Source of the DNA: Dimorphilus gyrociliatus
Lineage: Eukaryota > Animalia > Annelida
Reading direction: 5' to 3'
DNA: 64,000 nt
NCBI GenBank assembly: GCA_904063045.1
Contig: CAJFCJ010000009.1
Coordinates: 166,942-230,941, forward strand
The notes under the pieces: model-generated
Seen by the model: the letters and a program-made list of their open reading frames with translations, nothing else
What the model was told of the DNA's origin: nothing
Database searches by the model: none
Shown: piece after piece, positions 41,312 to 53,107 of the stretch
How positions within the stretch are numbered: position 1 is the first letter of the stretch
Layout: the number at the start of each line of letters is the position of its first letter
Program-made: the position numbers and the translations under genes

Positions 41312-42244
41312 GCCTAAGGAGCAAATAGTTAGTATTTTAAACTAACATAGCGATCTTTTTATATCTTTTAAATGAGGAAGTATATTTTTATTCTAGTTCT
41401 CAATTGCGATTCCCTCAGCTAAATCGATAACCCACAGCTGCTTATATCTGAATTTTAATTCCAATTTTGCATATTAAAAATATTAAAAGACTGACCTTTC
41501 GTCAAAAAAAATCAGAGTCAGAATAATTTTTGAAACAATACTTTCTATTTAATTAACTTTAATAGACATATCGCCTGAAAACTAGATTGAATAATATACT
41601 AAATATCAGAACCGATCATAGTTGTGAAGACTTGACGGAAATAAATTAAAACTCTCTAAAAATGGTTTTTGCCTCTATTTACCTTGTAAAATTCCAACGT
41701 GCTTCGCAATTAAATGTTCTGTTAAAACGCAAGTAGGGCGCGATAAAAAAGAAATGCACGAAAACCGGATGTTCGTTCTAAATTCAATAGCGATCGAATA
41801 GAATTTTCTTTTTAAATAAGAATAAAATAAATACTTTTATTAATATAATGTGTTGAATAAGGGAAAACAAAAAGTTTACTTTTATTTCCTTTTATAAAAA
41901 AAGAAAAGTGTCTTGACAAAATGCCTCTATATCGTCTGCAACATTACAGGAAGTAATGACACGAGTACATGAAAAACATTTTCATCTGGTGGTTTTTAAA
42001 TGCTGTAAATTCCAAAATGTTGTCATTCTCTTTCATACAAATAGTATTGTTCACGAACGTATAAACTAAAATCACTATACTTTCATTTTACAGATTTTGG
42101 TCAGTTTATTGATATTAAACTACTTTAATATACTTATAAATAAAGATCTAAAGAGAAATATTGTCACTGAACTTTAAAGAGAAATTAAAGTAGCTTAAAT
42201 AATGTTTATGATTAATTAAATGAGTCTTTTTTTTTGAGTGTAAA

Positions 42245-45206
42245 TCATAGACTTGTTGTAACGACGGATCGAACTCCATGAACAAGTATAACCGGTGGCA
42301 AATCTTTAGTTAACAAGTCCAATTGCTTTCTGTATAACTTATAATTCTCTGTAGGATGAGGCAGATAAAGAAATATAAGACGAGCTGAATCACAGTGCTC
42401 CTTTATTAGTTCATTTCCATAAGTGCCCAGAGGAAGAGAAGATACATTTTGCCAACGAACTAATTGAACAACTGCTGGTATACGTAGTTCCTTAAGCATA
42501 TTGACGAATTTTTTCTCCTTTCTTGCTATAATTGATTCATCCATTTGGTCGGCGCATAGGAAAAATCTTAATTTGAATTTTTTCCAATCATCTCTCATGT
42601 GAACTACGCAGGATAGCTGAAGCATCAATTGACTGGTAATATCTATATAGTCGTGAGTATTCTGATCAAAAAAATTTACAGGCCAGACGTCAATAAATCC
42701 TTCTTTTTCTCTGTAGGATAACTTGTTAGTGTACCTTAGAACGCAAACATTTTTTCTCATATCAATTATATCTGCAATTAATTGAACCCATTCGTCAATT
42801 TCAACAGTTCTTTCTGAAGAATCTCTGATCGAATCAAATTTTTCCAGTGAACTTCCTTGGCGAGAAGATGAGAAAAATGTTTTCCGCCTAAAATTATCTG
42901 GATTATGTTCTTCAGGCGATGATTCATCCCAGAATCCTAAGCAAATTATGTTGGGTTTTATCGCTCCCATTCCGCTTAATCGAACTAGTTGATGTGCACC
43001 TTCCCTTAATGTGAACGCATTGGTAACCTCAACAAATGCTTTTATTTTAAACTCATTGACGACATCTAGCCAACGACGTAAGAGCGATGATACTTTATCC
43101 TCGTCAGTATTGTGATCTTTCGATACAACAACATTACCAATAACGTATAATCCACTCTTTTTTAAATCATTACACAAAAATATCGATCCTAAAGATGATC
43201 TAGCGTTGTTGGCCAATAAAAGGACATGAGGCCTCCAAAATCTGACATGCTCTTTTCTAGTATCCAGCATAAGCATATATTTGCGAACTTGATGGAATAT
43301 TAGTGCTTGTGAAAAGCTTCCCCAACTGGTTGGAAAAGCTCGTAAATGTAAGGCCACAAAAGTAAGAAGCATGCAGGAAACGCCGACACCTGAAAAAACT
43401 GGGTTGACGAGAAAGCACATAACCAAGCAGCCAGCCAACCCTAAGGAAGAGGTGTGCCATGAAAAATATCTAAAGGTTGGCCTAAAGTTTGGGGGTGAAG
43501 CTACACTCAGACCCAGACAAGCTAGGTTTACAGCTGCATAAGAAAGGAGGAAAAATACGGAAGTAATAGGAGCGATTGCATTCAAGGATCCGATTAATAA
43601 GATTAATTGAACCAGTATCCATGAAACAAAAACCGCAATAATTGGATTTCCCTTACAAAGCGTTTTTGTAGCCGGACGAAGAAGCTTCCAAAAGATTTCA
43701 TCTTTGGCGACTGCCTCTAAAATTCTTGACGCTCCAATTAAATTTCCTAGAGCAGCTGATAATGTCGTAGCGAATATTCCAGCTAATATTAAAGGAGGGC
43801 ATTTATTGATACTCTGCAGAAATACATAATTATTCACTAGAAGAGGCCGAGTGGTCGTTCCTGCAACTAATAACTCTAGTAGTAAATATATAGTAAATGT
43901 AAAGGCAACTGCAGCTAAAGTTCCTCTAGGTATAGCTTTATTGGGTTTTTTTAGCTCTCCGCTCATATTGGCCCCATTCATTATTCCAGTTACAGAACTA
44001 AATAAGACTGCAAAAACTGAAGCAAAATTCATGCTTTTTCCAGTTAAATAGTCAATTGTATATGCAGCATTCATATTATTTCTAAAAGTAGAGGCACGAA
44101 ATCCCGTATAATTTCCGCACGCTGTCGGAAAGGTACCATTTGTTTCGTTAGTGTGCGGATGTGATAAATTGTTAGAGTTGGGAAAGGGTATACATAGTTC
44201 CTTTTTCAAGAACATGCTTATCGGAATCGACAAAAAGGAAGCAGTAACAATCACAAGAATAAGGGCTGATAGTCTAGCAAACAGAGCGCCACCTGTGAGA
44301 CAAACTATCAGACAAAAGGCCAAAACTCCAGAGCAGTAAAGATAAACCCACCACCGCCCAGCTTGTTGAATGCCTTCACCATCCTTGACAAATGTTCCTC
44401 CAGGACCAAAATTATCAACCAATCCTTCAACAAACCCGCTAACGTATAGTCCACATGCAAATATATTCGCAAGATAGAAAAGTAAGCCTATAGCTCCACC
44501 AAATTCTGGACCAAGCGTGCGGCTTATCATAACTGTAAGAATAAATTACACTGTAATCCTACATTGAGTTAATTACAAGACAGACTGTGGGCGTTATGAC
44601 CTAATTAAGAGTTATTAACTTCGAATGCGGTTCAAGGTAAAACTAATATAATAATGCTTTATAAATTATCTGCTATAAAAAGAAAACTTTAGATAACAAT
44701 CTTCCAATAAAGAAAAGTTACTTAAAGGAAAATATAAGGAAATACTAACAATAAGCTCCTCCTCCTTCTACCTTTCCATTTGTTGAAACGGCGCAAATAG
44801 ACAATATGGTCATAATTAAAATAAAATAAGCTAAAATTAATTGAATAATGCTTTCCCAAACTCCTGATTGGCCGACAACAAAACCTGTAATGCAAGGATT
44901 TATATTATAAATCTATTATAGCTTCTATCCATTTCACGAACCTATTCGGAGAAATAGCAAAGTGCTGAACATCGACAGTGCAACAGGACTAAAAACACCT
45001 GAGAATGTTGATAGGCTCCTATGACTAATATCTCGACTCGATTGACTATTACATTCAGAAGATGCAGTTTCTTCTATTCGAATACTTTCTGTTAAACTTA
45101 AAAACCACGAATCAGAGGGATTGCTTCTGCGATTAGTTGGTAACAATGGTTTCGCATCACTTGTTGAATCCTCAGCAACATTTCTAAGACTGCACGCGGT
45201 ATCCAT
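42245..45206 (-). CDS. SLC12A9: Cation-chloride cotransporter family member 9 (CIP1), 3 coding exons
   Basis: [24 protein letters not shown]; [23 protein letters not shown]; [25 protein letters not shown]; C-terminal VTTSL. These motifs fit A9 rather than A8. Confidence 0.9.
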
Positions 45207-45479
45207 TATAAAGTTCCTGATTGTTGGAGTCCGGGTGTTAACCGTAGATTAAGTAATTAGTAAAACACAAAAATTTGTCATGTGAGCTTAAATCTTACAA
45301 TGGACACTGTGACTTAATGGAATATTTTTCGACAACGTATTTTTGTGATTCATTATAAATAGTGCTAATTTTAAAGAGAAACTGTTTAACATCTTCATGA
45401 TATGCAATTTAAACAAACTAGTTTTATTAAACATAATAAATGTATACAAGGAAATTTGAAAAGATTATAAATAAATATA

Positions 45480-46660
45480 TTATCGATGTTTACCATGCCA
45501 AAGATAATCGTACGGTGTTGCCCATTTTCTACAGCCTAAAAAATTATTAGTAACACAATATTCAAAGTTAAGTGGATTTAAATTTTCTTCTTTCAACTTT
45601 GTTTCATTAGCTTTTTCGTTCTAGAAGATATAATAAAAAATGGTTTGAATAGAGGAAATGCTGCTTTTTTCTTTCGAATTATAATTTTCATTGAATTATA
45701 ACGAATATAAAGTACTTACATCAAGCATCTCCTGACTAATTACTTCAGCTTTAAAGGGCATTTTCTCAGCAATACGCCTAAGAAATGGTTCAACTTCCTC
45801 ATATTCACAGTAGCCTCCCATCTATAATATCATTATAAAAGTATCACTTAAAAACAAACTAAAAACTACTTAATAACGAAACCTCAACGATTATTCTTCC
45901 CGATCGAACAGGTGTTACATAATGATCAACTGAACCTTTTCCTCCACCCATTCTATGTCCTTGGCCCTTTTTCGTTACTGACTTCCATGGGGCGTCAACT
46001 CTCCACCTAGCAAACATTCGAGAATCGTCCATATGACGGCCAATACCATTTCGAATCATTTCAAAATGTCCGTGGCGAAGCTTTCCTCCGAGAATTGCTC
46101 TAATACCATATTGTTTATGGATAAGGGTTGTATGATACAATTCAGGACCTCTCATATCGATTAATCGTTTCATCATTTTTTGTGGTCTATTACCAATAAA
46201 AGACTGTGGTACCTTTTCCAACATTCTTAATTTACGACGTTCAGGAAATTCGATTTCTAGTTTTAAAAAAATGTGATTAATGCCATTTTTATTCATTTCT
46301 CGCCTCCCACGACAGGAATAATTAAATATCATTCTAAGGTATATATCTGATTGTCAGTAGTAAATCTAATAGTATTTTATAGCCTATATTTAAAAACTAA
46401 AAAAAACTATTAAAAAATAATGACACTGTAAATATCAGATTAAAACACTTACTTGGATATTCTGTAACCGGTTTGAAATTGGTAATAGAAACTGCACTGA
46501 TTACTGAACACGGTAGATAGTTCGGCACTGCAATGTCACATTTATTAGCGATAATGAAGGTAATATAAGTATATTCATTATTACCAATTCTACTCTTCAA
46601 TTTAAGTGTTGCCAACATAGTTGATGGTAAATTTGTCGTAAATTTTCGCAATAAGGACAT
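45480..46660 (-). CDS. MRPL16: Mitochondrial ribosomal protein uL16m, multi-exon
   Basis: RKLRMLEKVP; DMRGPE; GGKLRHGHFEMIR; KKGQGHRMGGGKG...HYVTPV; last exon NPLNFEY...PYDYLWHGKHR* (TAA at 45480-45482). Confidence 0.93.
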
Positions 46661-47331
46661 ACTGATGAACAATTAAAGTATACTAAAACAATAGTTAAGT
46701 TAGTTTATGCCAAAGAGAGAGATTTTCCATGCCTCTACCAGTTTCCTGTAAAAGAATTCTGTCTATTTCGCTAAATATGTTTTTTTCATCTTTTCAAGTA
46801 ATATAATCAACTTCTTAGTCGTGTTTTTCAACAATTTATTAAAACTAACACTTTAGTAAAGCTGTGAAATTTCGTTTACACAAATATAGAGTTTATATTA
46901 TTTAACTTGAGACAACATAAATAATACTTTTCTCTATTAGCATTAAGTCATTCAAAAATATATTATATTAATACTGTATATACTGTATATATACCATAAA
47001 AAACTAACAAACAAAAAAATAGGCCGTAACGGTATTATTAGCTGTCAGTGGAATTTTGTAAATCTATGCCTATACCCTATTAATAAATCCCAAGAGAGAA
47101 TGTTAGCGGAGGAGTATTTTTGTATCTAATAGACATTTAGCGTTGTTGAATAAAGATTGTAGAGAATATATTTTTCTTACAGAAGATTTATAATAGTAGA
47201 AGAAAAGGAAAAGGCTTAGAAAATAAGACTGTAGTTGTATTAAAAAGAATCTCATAACATGCATTGTTTATCTGAAAACACTTCAGAAAAATTTGTTGTA
47301 TTATTTATTTATGGACTGGGTAGAATTTAGT

Positions 47332-47688
47332 CTATCTTTTAGATGGCGTAGATAGTGGAGATACCTCTTGTATAGGAGACAGAGTCATTATCTTCGACTT
47401 TCTATCATAATCATCAATAATGTTTATATAAGAGTCCGCTGCTACATCTTCCTGTTCGATGATTAATATATTTTGAACTTGATTTGTGTTTATCCCTTGT
47501 ATTCGATTTTTAACTTCATTAGTTGATAGTTGAATATTTTGTACTATAGTCGATTTATGATCGATTTTTGAATTTTCTCTTCTGCATAACGGTTTACGTT
47601 GAACGAATCCGACGAAGACAGGCTGTCTAGTTCCCTTTTTGTTCATTACAACAAATGAAACGTCTAAATTGATCCAAACCAATTTCAT
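47332..47688 (-). CDS. Possible orphan protein, 118 aa (104 aa from the second ATG)
   Basis: ATG-initiated stop-free ORF with coding-like composition, divergent from the 47918 ORF; no homology recognised. Confidence 0.4.
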   Translation of the reverse strand: MKLVWINLDVSFVVMNKKGTRQPVFVGFVQRKPLCRRENSKIDHKSTIVQNIQLSTNEVKNRIQGINTNQVQNILIIEQEDVAADSYINIIDDYDRKSKIMTLSPIQEVSPLSTPSKR

Positions 47689-47917
47689 TCATAATTTATG
47701 GGTATCGTATAGAATTATTCAGCTATTACTGAAATATATCTTCAACATAAACAATATAACCTAAATACGCAAAAACGTCCTACTCAAAATAGGGTGCGAT
47801 TATTTTCAATCACCCATAGTCAATTAGTTCGAACAGTCCAATCAATAAACGCCTTTTAAATCAATGCAAACTAGGTTTGGCTCGCCGCGTTGTTTAATTA
47901 AAATTCAACTGATCGGC

Positions 47918-48823
47918 ATGGCGAAACGAAATAAAAAGAATTCAACCGAGGACGATAGTTCCGGCTATTTAAGCGATGAGGGCACTGGACCTAGGATTTT
48001 AAAAATTATATTACCTAAGGTTCAATACGACGAACCAGAAATACTTGATGAAGTATGGAAGGAAAAGAAAGTATCAATAACAGCGAAAAAAAAGAGCCCT
48101 CGTCTTCTCGGCTACCCTCAAACCAATTATTCTTTAGAAAAAGAAACGGAAGATTGGTCTTGGCTTAGGCATGCTCTTCATCAACGACCTCGATTTGAAC
48201 CTCTTTTGCCGACAAGCCCGAGGAGGAAAGTCTCACCAAATCATGTTGATTCATCGCTTAGAGTACAAGGTCAATGGCTATATCGACCTACACTATCAAA
48301 CCCTAAACCAAAGGAAGTGAAAGAGCGTTTGGATGATCGTATGGAATCGATTGCCCGTCTCTTACCTCGTGTTTCCGGTGAATTAGCGATATTAAAGGCG
48401 AAACGCCGTAGAGAAGGTCAAAGAAAAAAAAAGAATACAAAGATTTTCTGCGACGACGATGTTCGTCAAACATTAATATGTGTTCGTTTGAATGATAGAT
48501 CACTTCAAAGCATTGAACATCAAACAGTGCACAGCAACGTCGGTCCACGGCAGCATATTCACGTTCAGCATTATTTCAAAGAGACACCACTTCATATAGA
48601 ATCGTACTTTGGCATGGACGAAAAAAAATTACCACCAGTACGAGCTCCACCGTCTACACCAACTGACTCTTGTACAAATAGAGAAGCAACAACAACAAAC
48701 ACGCCGGACAAGTTACCTATTCCTAAAAGACATTCTATTAAGTTACCTCAAATTAATGAAACTAAATTCCTAACTGCATCTTCAACAACTTCTCACTCGG
48801 CAGCAGACTTTGATAGAATTTGA
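47918..48823 (+). CDS. Uncharacterised basic, Pro/Ser/Thr-rich protein, single exon, about 301 aa (upstream in-frame ATG at 47864)
   Basis: 960-nt stop-free frame; Lys/Arg clusters (KAKRRREGQRKKKN); no domain recognised. Confidence 0.7.
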   Translation: MAKRNKKNSTEDDSSGYLSDEGTGPRILKIILPKVQYDEPEILDEVWKEKKVSITAKKKSPRLLGYPQTNYSLEKETEDWSWLRHALHQRPRFEPLLPTSPRRKVSPNHVDSSLRVQGQWLYRPTLSNPKPKEVKERLDDRMESIARLLPRVSGELAILKAKRRREGQRKKKNTKIFCDDDVRQTLICVRLNDRSLQSIEHQTVHSNVGPRQHIHVQHYFKETPLHIESYFGMDEKKLPPVRAPPSTPTDSCTNREATTTNTPDKLPIPKRHSIKLPQINETKFLTASSTTSHSAADFDRI

Positions 48824-48999
48824 CTAGGGGACAGTCAGTTTGTATAACAAATAAAAAAAATACAAATTAATTAGTAATTTGCCTTCTGTATTTGGGGAAT
48901 AAACACAGAAATTGATAATATTAAAAAATATCCGATACTTTGAAATTACAAAGACAACCATGAATTAACACGAATCATACTCTAAAGATTTCTAGTTCA

Positions 49000-49649
49000 T
49001 TACTTCCGTTTAAGGGAATGATTACATTTTTCAATAATACACTTCAGATTATCATTACAACCAGCAGTTAAAACACAGTGTTCTAAACCGCTACCTGCCC
49101 TCTTTGGATATATTCTTTGACCATCTTCATTACTAAGGCATACTCCAGCGTCATTTAATTTACATATTAATTCCTTCAAACGATTTTCGCATCGGCTGCA
49201 GTCTTTTCGTGTTGCTTGGCTACAAAGTTATTGGAAATAGACTTTTCTTGTAATTATCTTTTATCTTTACATATTAATACAGTATATATATATATATATA
49301 TATATATTCTTATTTATAATTATACATAGACGTTACCTTTAATTAAATTACTAAGTAATAACTCACCGCCAATTTTTTAAGAAAGAATTCGCTTTGAAAG
49401 GCATAACGATATCTGAAGGAAGAGACAACATCATAGAATCCAATAGTTTATTTGCTTAAGGAATCATAACATAAATTAATTTACAAGTAGCTAAACTATC
49501 TAACTTTATTATATAATAAATATACAGTATATGGTTATACTGTATACTATATTCCCATTGATTTCTTATCTATTAAGGTTGTTTTTTAGACAGAGCTTAC
49601 CGAATTGAAAGTGAAGGCATAGTAATATTGTATAAAATTGTAGTAACAT
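49000..49649 (-). CDS. Cysteine-rich secreted prepropeptide, 3 exons (49649-49601, 49454-49367, 49219-49000), 118 aa; not in the ORF track
   Basis: Manual splice gives MLLQFYTILLCLHFQFANKLLDSMMLSLPSDIVMPFKANSFLKNWRQATRKDCSRCENRLKELICKLNDAGVCLSNEDGQRIYPKRAGSGLEHCVLTAGCNDNLKCIIEKCNHSLKRK*. Donors GTAAGC and GTGAGT; phases 1 and 2 match; signal-peptide-like N-terminus; 8 Cys after the pro-region. Confidence 0.8.
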
Positions 49650-50731
49650 GTTGATGATTTACAATCTGAACGTTGAATAAAAGCAGAGTGTAGATTTGAA
49701 TTTCAATTAAGTCGGCAAAGAGAGTACACGTTTCTAATTTTACGTTTTTTATTCGATAGAAATTCAATTTCTCTTGTAAATTTTTATGTAAAATATCTCA
49801 GAGAGTAAAAAAACTAAGTCGTAGGAAGGAAATAAATATAGAATTATATCAATTTACTATGCTATACCTTATAGGCATTTTGTCAAGATAGATAATATAG
49901 CTTTGGAAAAAAAAATATTTTAATTAGTCTGGTTTAGATTAGAACAAGTTTATAGTAAATGTTCTTTTTTTAACCTAGAGAATGATAATTTTACTTGTGG
50001 TCTCACGATTAAAAAAATGTACTAAAAAATGAAGAGAGATGATGACTAATCTTGATAAATTTTTAATTTATTCCTTTCTTCCTCTTCTCTTCAATTGTTG
50101 ATTGTATTAATACTTTATTTTATTATATATTTTCTTCATTTAACTAATTTTTACTTGCTTATTTAAACCTATATTTCCTTAATTATAATATCTAATCATA
50201 CAATTAAAGTTTTGTTTCTAAGCTCTCCCTTGCCCTGCCTAGTCCCTTCTCATTTATTTAATCTATTGATTCTTTTACAGAGATAGAATGGAATGATAAA
50301 AATTCCAAAATCTAAAGATGCATCAATCGGTAGATGGCGTTCTTATTGTCTAGGTGGAAAGAATTTAATATAGTCAAGTTGGATTACAACTAAATTTCGT
50401 TTTGACGAAATAAAAAAAGAAGAAAACTCATTGCCTGCAAAGTAAAATGCACCTGATGCGTTCGTTAAAGGAAAGTGTTGTGGCAACGGAAAGGGATAGA
50501 AAAGAGGTTTAATTCCATCTTCATCGATCGAAATACGAAAAAAATTCTTGGATCGTCGGCCGGAATTGATCGTAAATTGAGACTTGATCGGCCGACAAGC
50601 GATCGTATCTGGGCGCCTGGTGCCCTTGCATCCTTTTGTTACTTCGTTTCTTGTCTCCGTGCTGCTCTTTAGTATACTTTTTCGCGTGAATTCTATTTGA
50701 AGTTTTATCAAGCTGACACAAACCGAACAGT

Positions 50732-51850
50732 ATGTTTAGTAATGCAACAACAAGGACGGAGAGTTGGTTGATGGGCAGTATAGCTTGTACAGGTATTCTA
50801 ACAAACCTTGTATTACTACTCGTTTTTTGTTTTTTACCAAATTTAAGGAGACCTGTAAACGCTTTCCTTTTGCATCAATGTTTGTTGGATGCTATAAGAT
50901 CGGCATATTGCATTCCCTTCTCTATTATTGAAGTCGAGCCACCAACTATTTGTAGTGCCTTGGCAGGCACTTACATAGTCTTAGTCACATGCGCTTCATT
51001 CAACTTGCTGACTATTGTAATGAATGAAGTATATTCCTTCTCGGATATAACTTTAGGAGTGAACGCATCTCAAAACTGTTGCTGTGTGTGGTTTGCCCTA
51101 GTCGTTATCTGGTTTGCCGCAATTATCACAAACCTGGGAGTTGCTTTTATGCCTGGAGGAAGATCAGCAGAACAGTGCCAGTTTGTTACTGGCGTAACAA
51201 GCAATTATGTTTTGCACGTGGTTTGGTTACTATTGGAATCTATGGCAACTTTAATGACAATCTCTTTTCTCCGCCGAATGTCAAATGATGTGTCACGTTG
51301 CAATTATTACAGATTATCTACACTTGTTCGAGCGACTGTCTCTATTGACCCAACAGTACAAACTTATTCTCAAAGGAGACGATCGGTCATGATCGACAAG
51401 AGAAATATAAGAGAAACCGTCAGAATGATGAATTACAAACTGCGAATACTGACGACCTATACGACTCTCTTTATTATTATGTGTCTGCCCCTATTAGGTC
51501 TGTATGCAATAGAGCCCTGGGTAAACGCATCTCCAGAAACTTTTCAATTTTTATCTATGTTAGCTTGGTCGCAACCTCTTTTGACACCTTTTGCAGTTTA
51601 TTCATTGATTCGCGCGTCAGGGGGATTTTCGGCTGACCCAGCACAATTTCTAAGTCCTTTTATACTTGGACATCGTTCGTCAGCTGAAGGTGATCCACCA
51701 ATAGTCAGAATAGAAACGAGAAGTAGTACTTTTGTAACAGGCGATGTGTCACCTTCAGACTCGAGATATAGCTTTTTCCCGAGTATAAGTGCTGCTGCTG
51801 CAGTCTGCACAGGACCGCGGGGACGAAGAGCCAGCTCTTTTATAGTATAG
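50732..51850 (+). CDS. Intronless orphan class A GPCR, 372 aa, with SREB (GPR27/85/173)-like TM1-TM2
   Basis: Seven hydrophobic segments; N-glycosylation sequon NAT; TM3-ECL2 cysteines; LRRPVNAFLLHQCLLDAIRSAYCIPF resembles SREB TM2; DRY and NPxxY not canonical. Subfamily is tentative. Confidence 0.75.
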   Translation: MFSNATTRTESWLMGSIACTGILTNLVLLLVFCFLPNLRRPVNAFLLHQCLLDAIRSAYCIPFSIIEVEPPTICSALAGTYIVLVTCASFNLLTIVMNEVYSFSDITLGVNASQNCCCVWFALVVIWFAAIITNLGVAFMPGGRSAEQCQFVTGVTSNYVLHVVWLLLESMATLMTISFLRRMSNDVSRCNYYRLSTLVRATVSIDPTVQTYSQRRRSVMIDKRNIRETVRMMNYKLRILTTYTTLFIIMCLPLLGLYAIEPWVNASPETFQFLSMLAWSQPLLTPFAVYSLIRASGGFSADPAQFLSPFILGHRSSAEGDPPIVRIETRSSTFVTGDVSPSDSRYSFFPSISAAAAVCTGPRGRRASSFIV

Positions 51851-53107
51851 CATAGAAAAAAGTGAATGAGGAAAAAGATGATAAATATGCGAAAGCGAAA
51901 GTAATAAGTGTTTGGTACGAAGGCTGCAAAGAATCACACTATTCTTCAAAGCTGCTTTATAGACGACTATACATTTTTAAAAAGAGACGAGGCAACCAAT
52001 AGAAAAATCTACAAAAACGTTTACTGTTAACAAAAGCCTATTTCTCTTCTCTGTTGAGTAATTTTCTCCTGCTTTTTATCTTCTTTCAAAATTGTATTCA
52101 TCTCGCCCATGTTACTATTTTCGTTGAGTGAAAGATTATTAATAATTAAACGGGTGTTATGCTCCCCTTTCTCTTCTTCTTTTCCTTTTCTTGCTAATCA
52201 TTTACCTTAATCTATAATTAAACTGTCGTATATATTTGTTTTAACTTATGTATACGCTTTATTCACAATTATCTCCTAAATATTTTTTAAAACAGAACCA
52301 GTTACCCGTGTCAGAACTCTAAAAGGCCACAGACTTAAGGCTTTATTAATTGCATGCCTGTGCCTAGTTAGCTTCGTTACAGATTCTAACATTGCTGCAC
52401 GATACGAATGAACTTTTCCTAAAGAAAAAAGAAGGCGTCTACTCGCGTTTTTTCTTCTTTACAGCAAATTTTCTTTTTAGCTATCTACTTGGTCTCTAAT
52501 ATAGGCAGTTGTTGTATTTATTTAACATAGTTAATATACTTAATATATCTGAAGGATAATTCAAGGGTATAAGCCTTTATACTACAGAAATAGAATTTTT
52601 TAACCTTAATATTCTAGAGACGCCTGTAGAAGCATTTCCTTAACGTATTGGAAGTTGTTAATTATGGTCGACATACATACTCCTTCCGGTATTTCGGGAA
52701 GTGAATTGTAGGGGAAACGGACGCAATTTTGTGTAACTGATAATTTTCATTCTCAAGATTCAACCTCCTTTTCCTTAAATATACCAGCTTTCTCTGTTTA
52801 TTATAGATTTCTTCACCAAGATATATTTTCATCTATTTTTTTATATTGTGTATATTTATTTACTTATACTAGAAATAATAGAAAACATTCAGTTTTCACT
52901 GTGCATATCATTATATTCTTTCTTTATTTTTATTTTGACAAACATTCGCCTTTTACTCGAAAGAGTACAAACTATCTTTGCTAGGGAATTGAGAGAAATA
53001 TTGTGAAAGAACGGAAGAGAGAGAGAGGGTTTTCTTTTATTAGGAATACACTGATTTGATTGTGCAAGAATTTTTGAATATAATAAGATCGTTTACAAAT
53101 CGTAACA

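Noticed and set aside
42245-45206. Assignment of the transporter as SLC12A8
   Set aside because: TM1-TM2 and the LIFHQVRKY motif match SLC12A9.
49000-49219. Cys-rich peptide as an insulin-like or saposin-like protein
   Set aside because: One C-x11-C spacing and a KR site are suggestive, but the A-chain CC-x3-C-x8-C pattern and B-chain CGxxL are absent, and the long saposin spacing is absent too.
50343-50721. ORFs upstream of the orphan GPCR as genes or uORFs
   Set aside because: Overlapping frames on both strands, at least one with a GTG start, and no recognisable motif; better explained by a GC-richer UTR/promoter.
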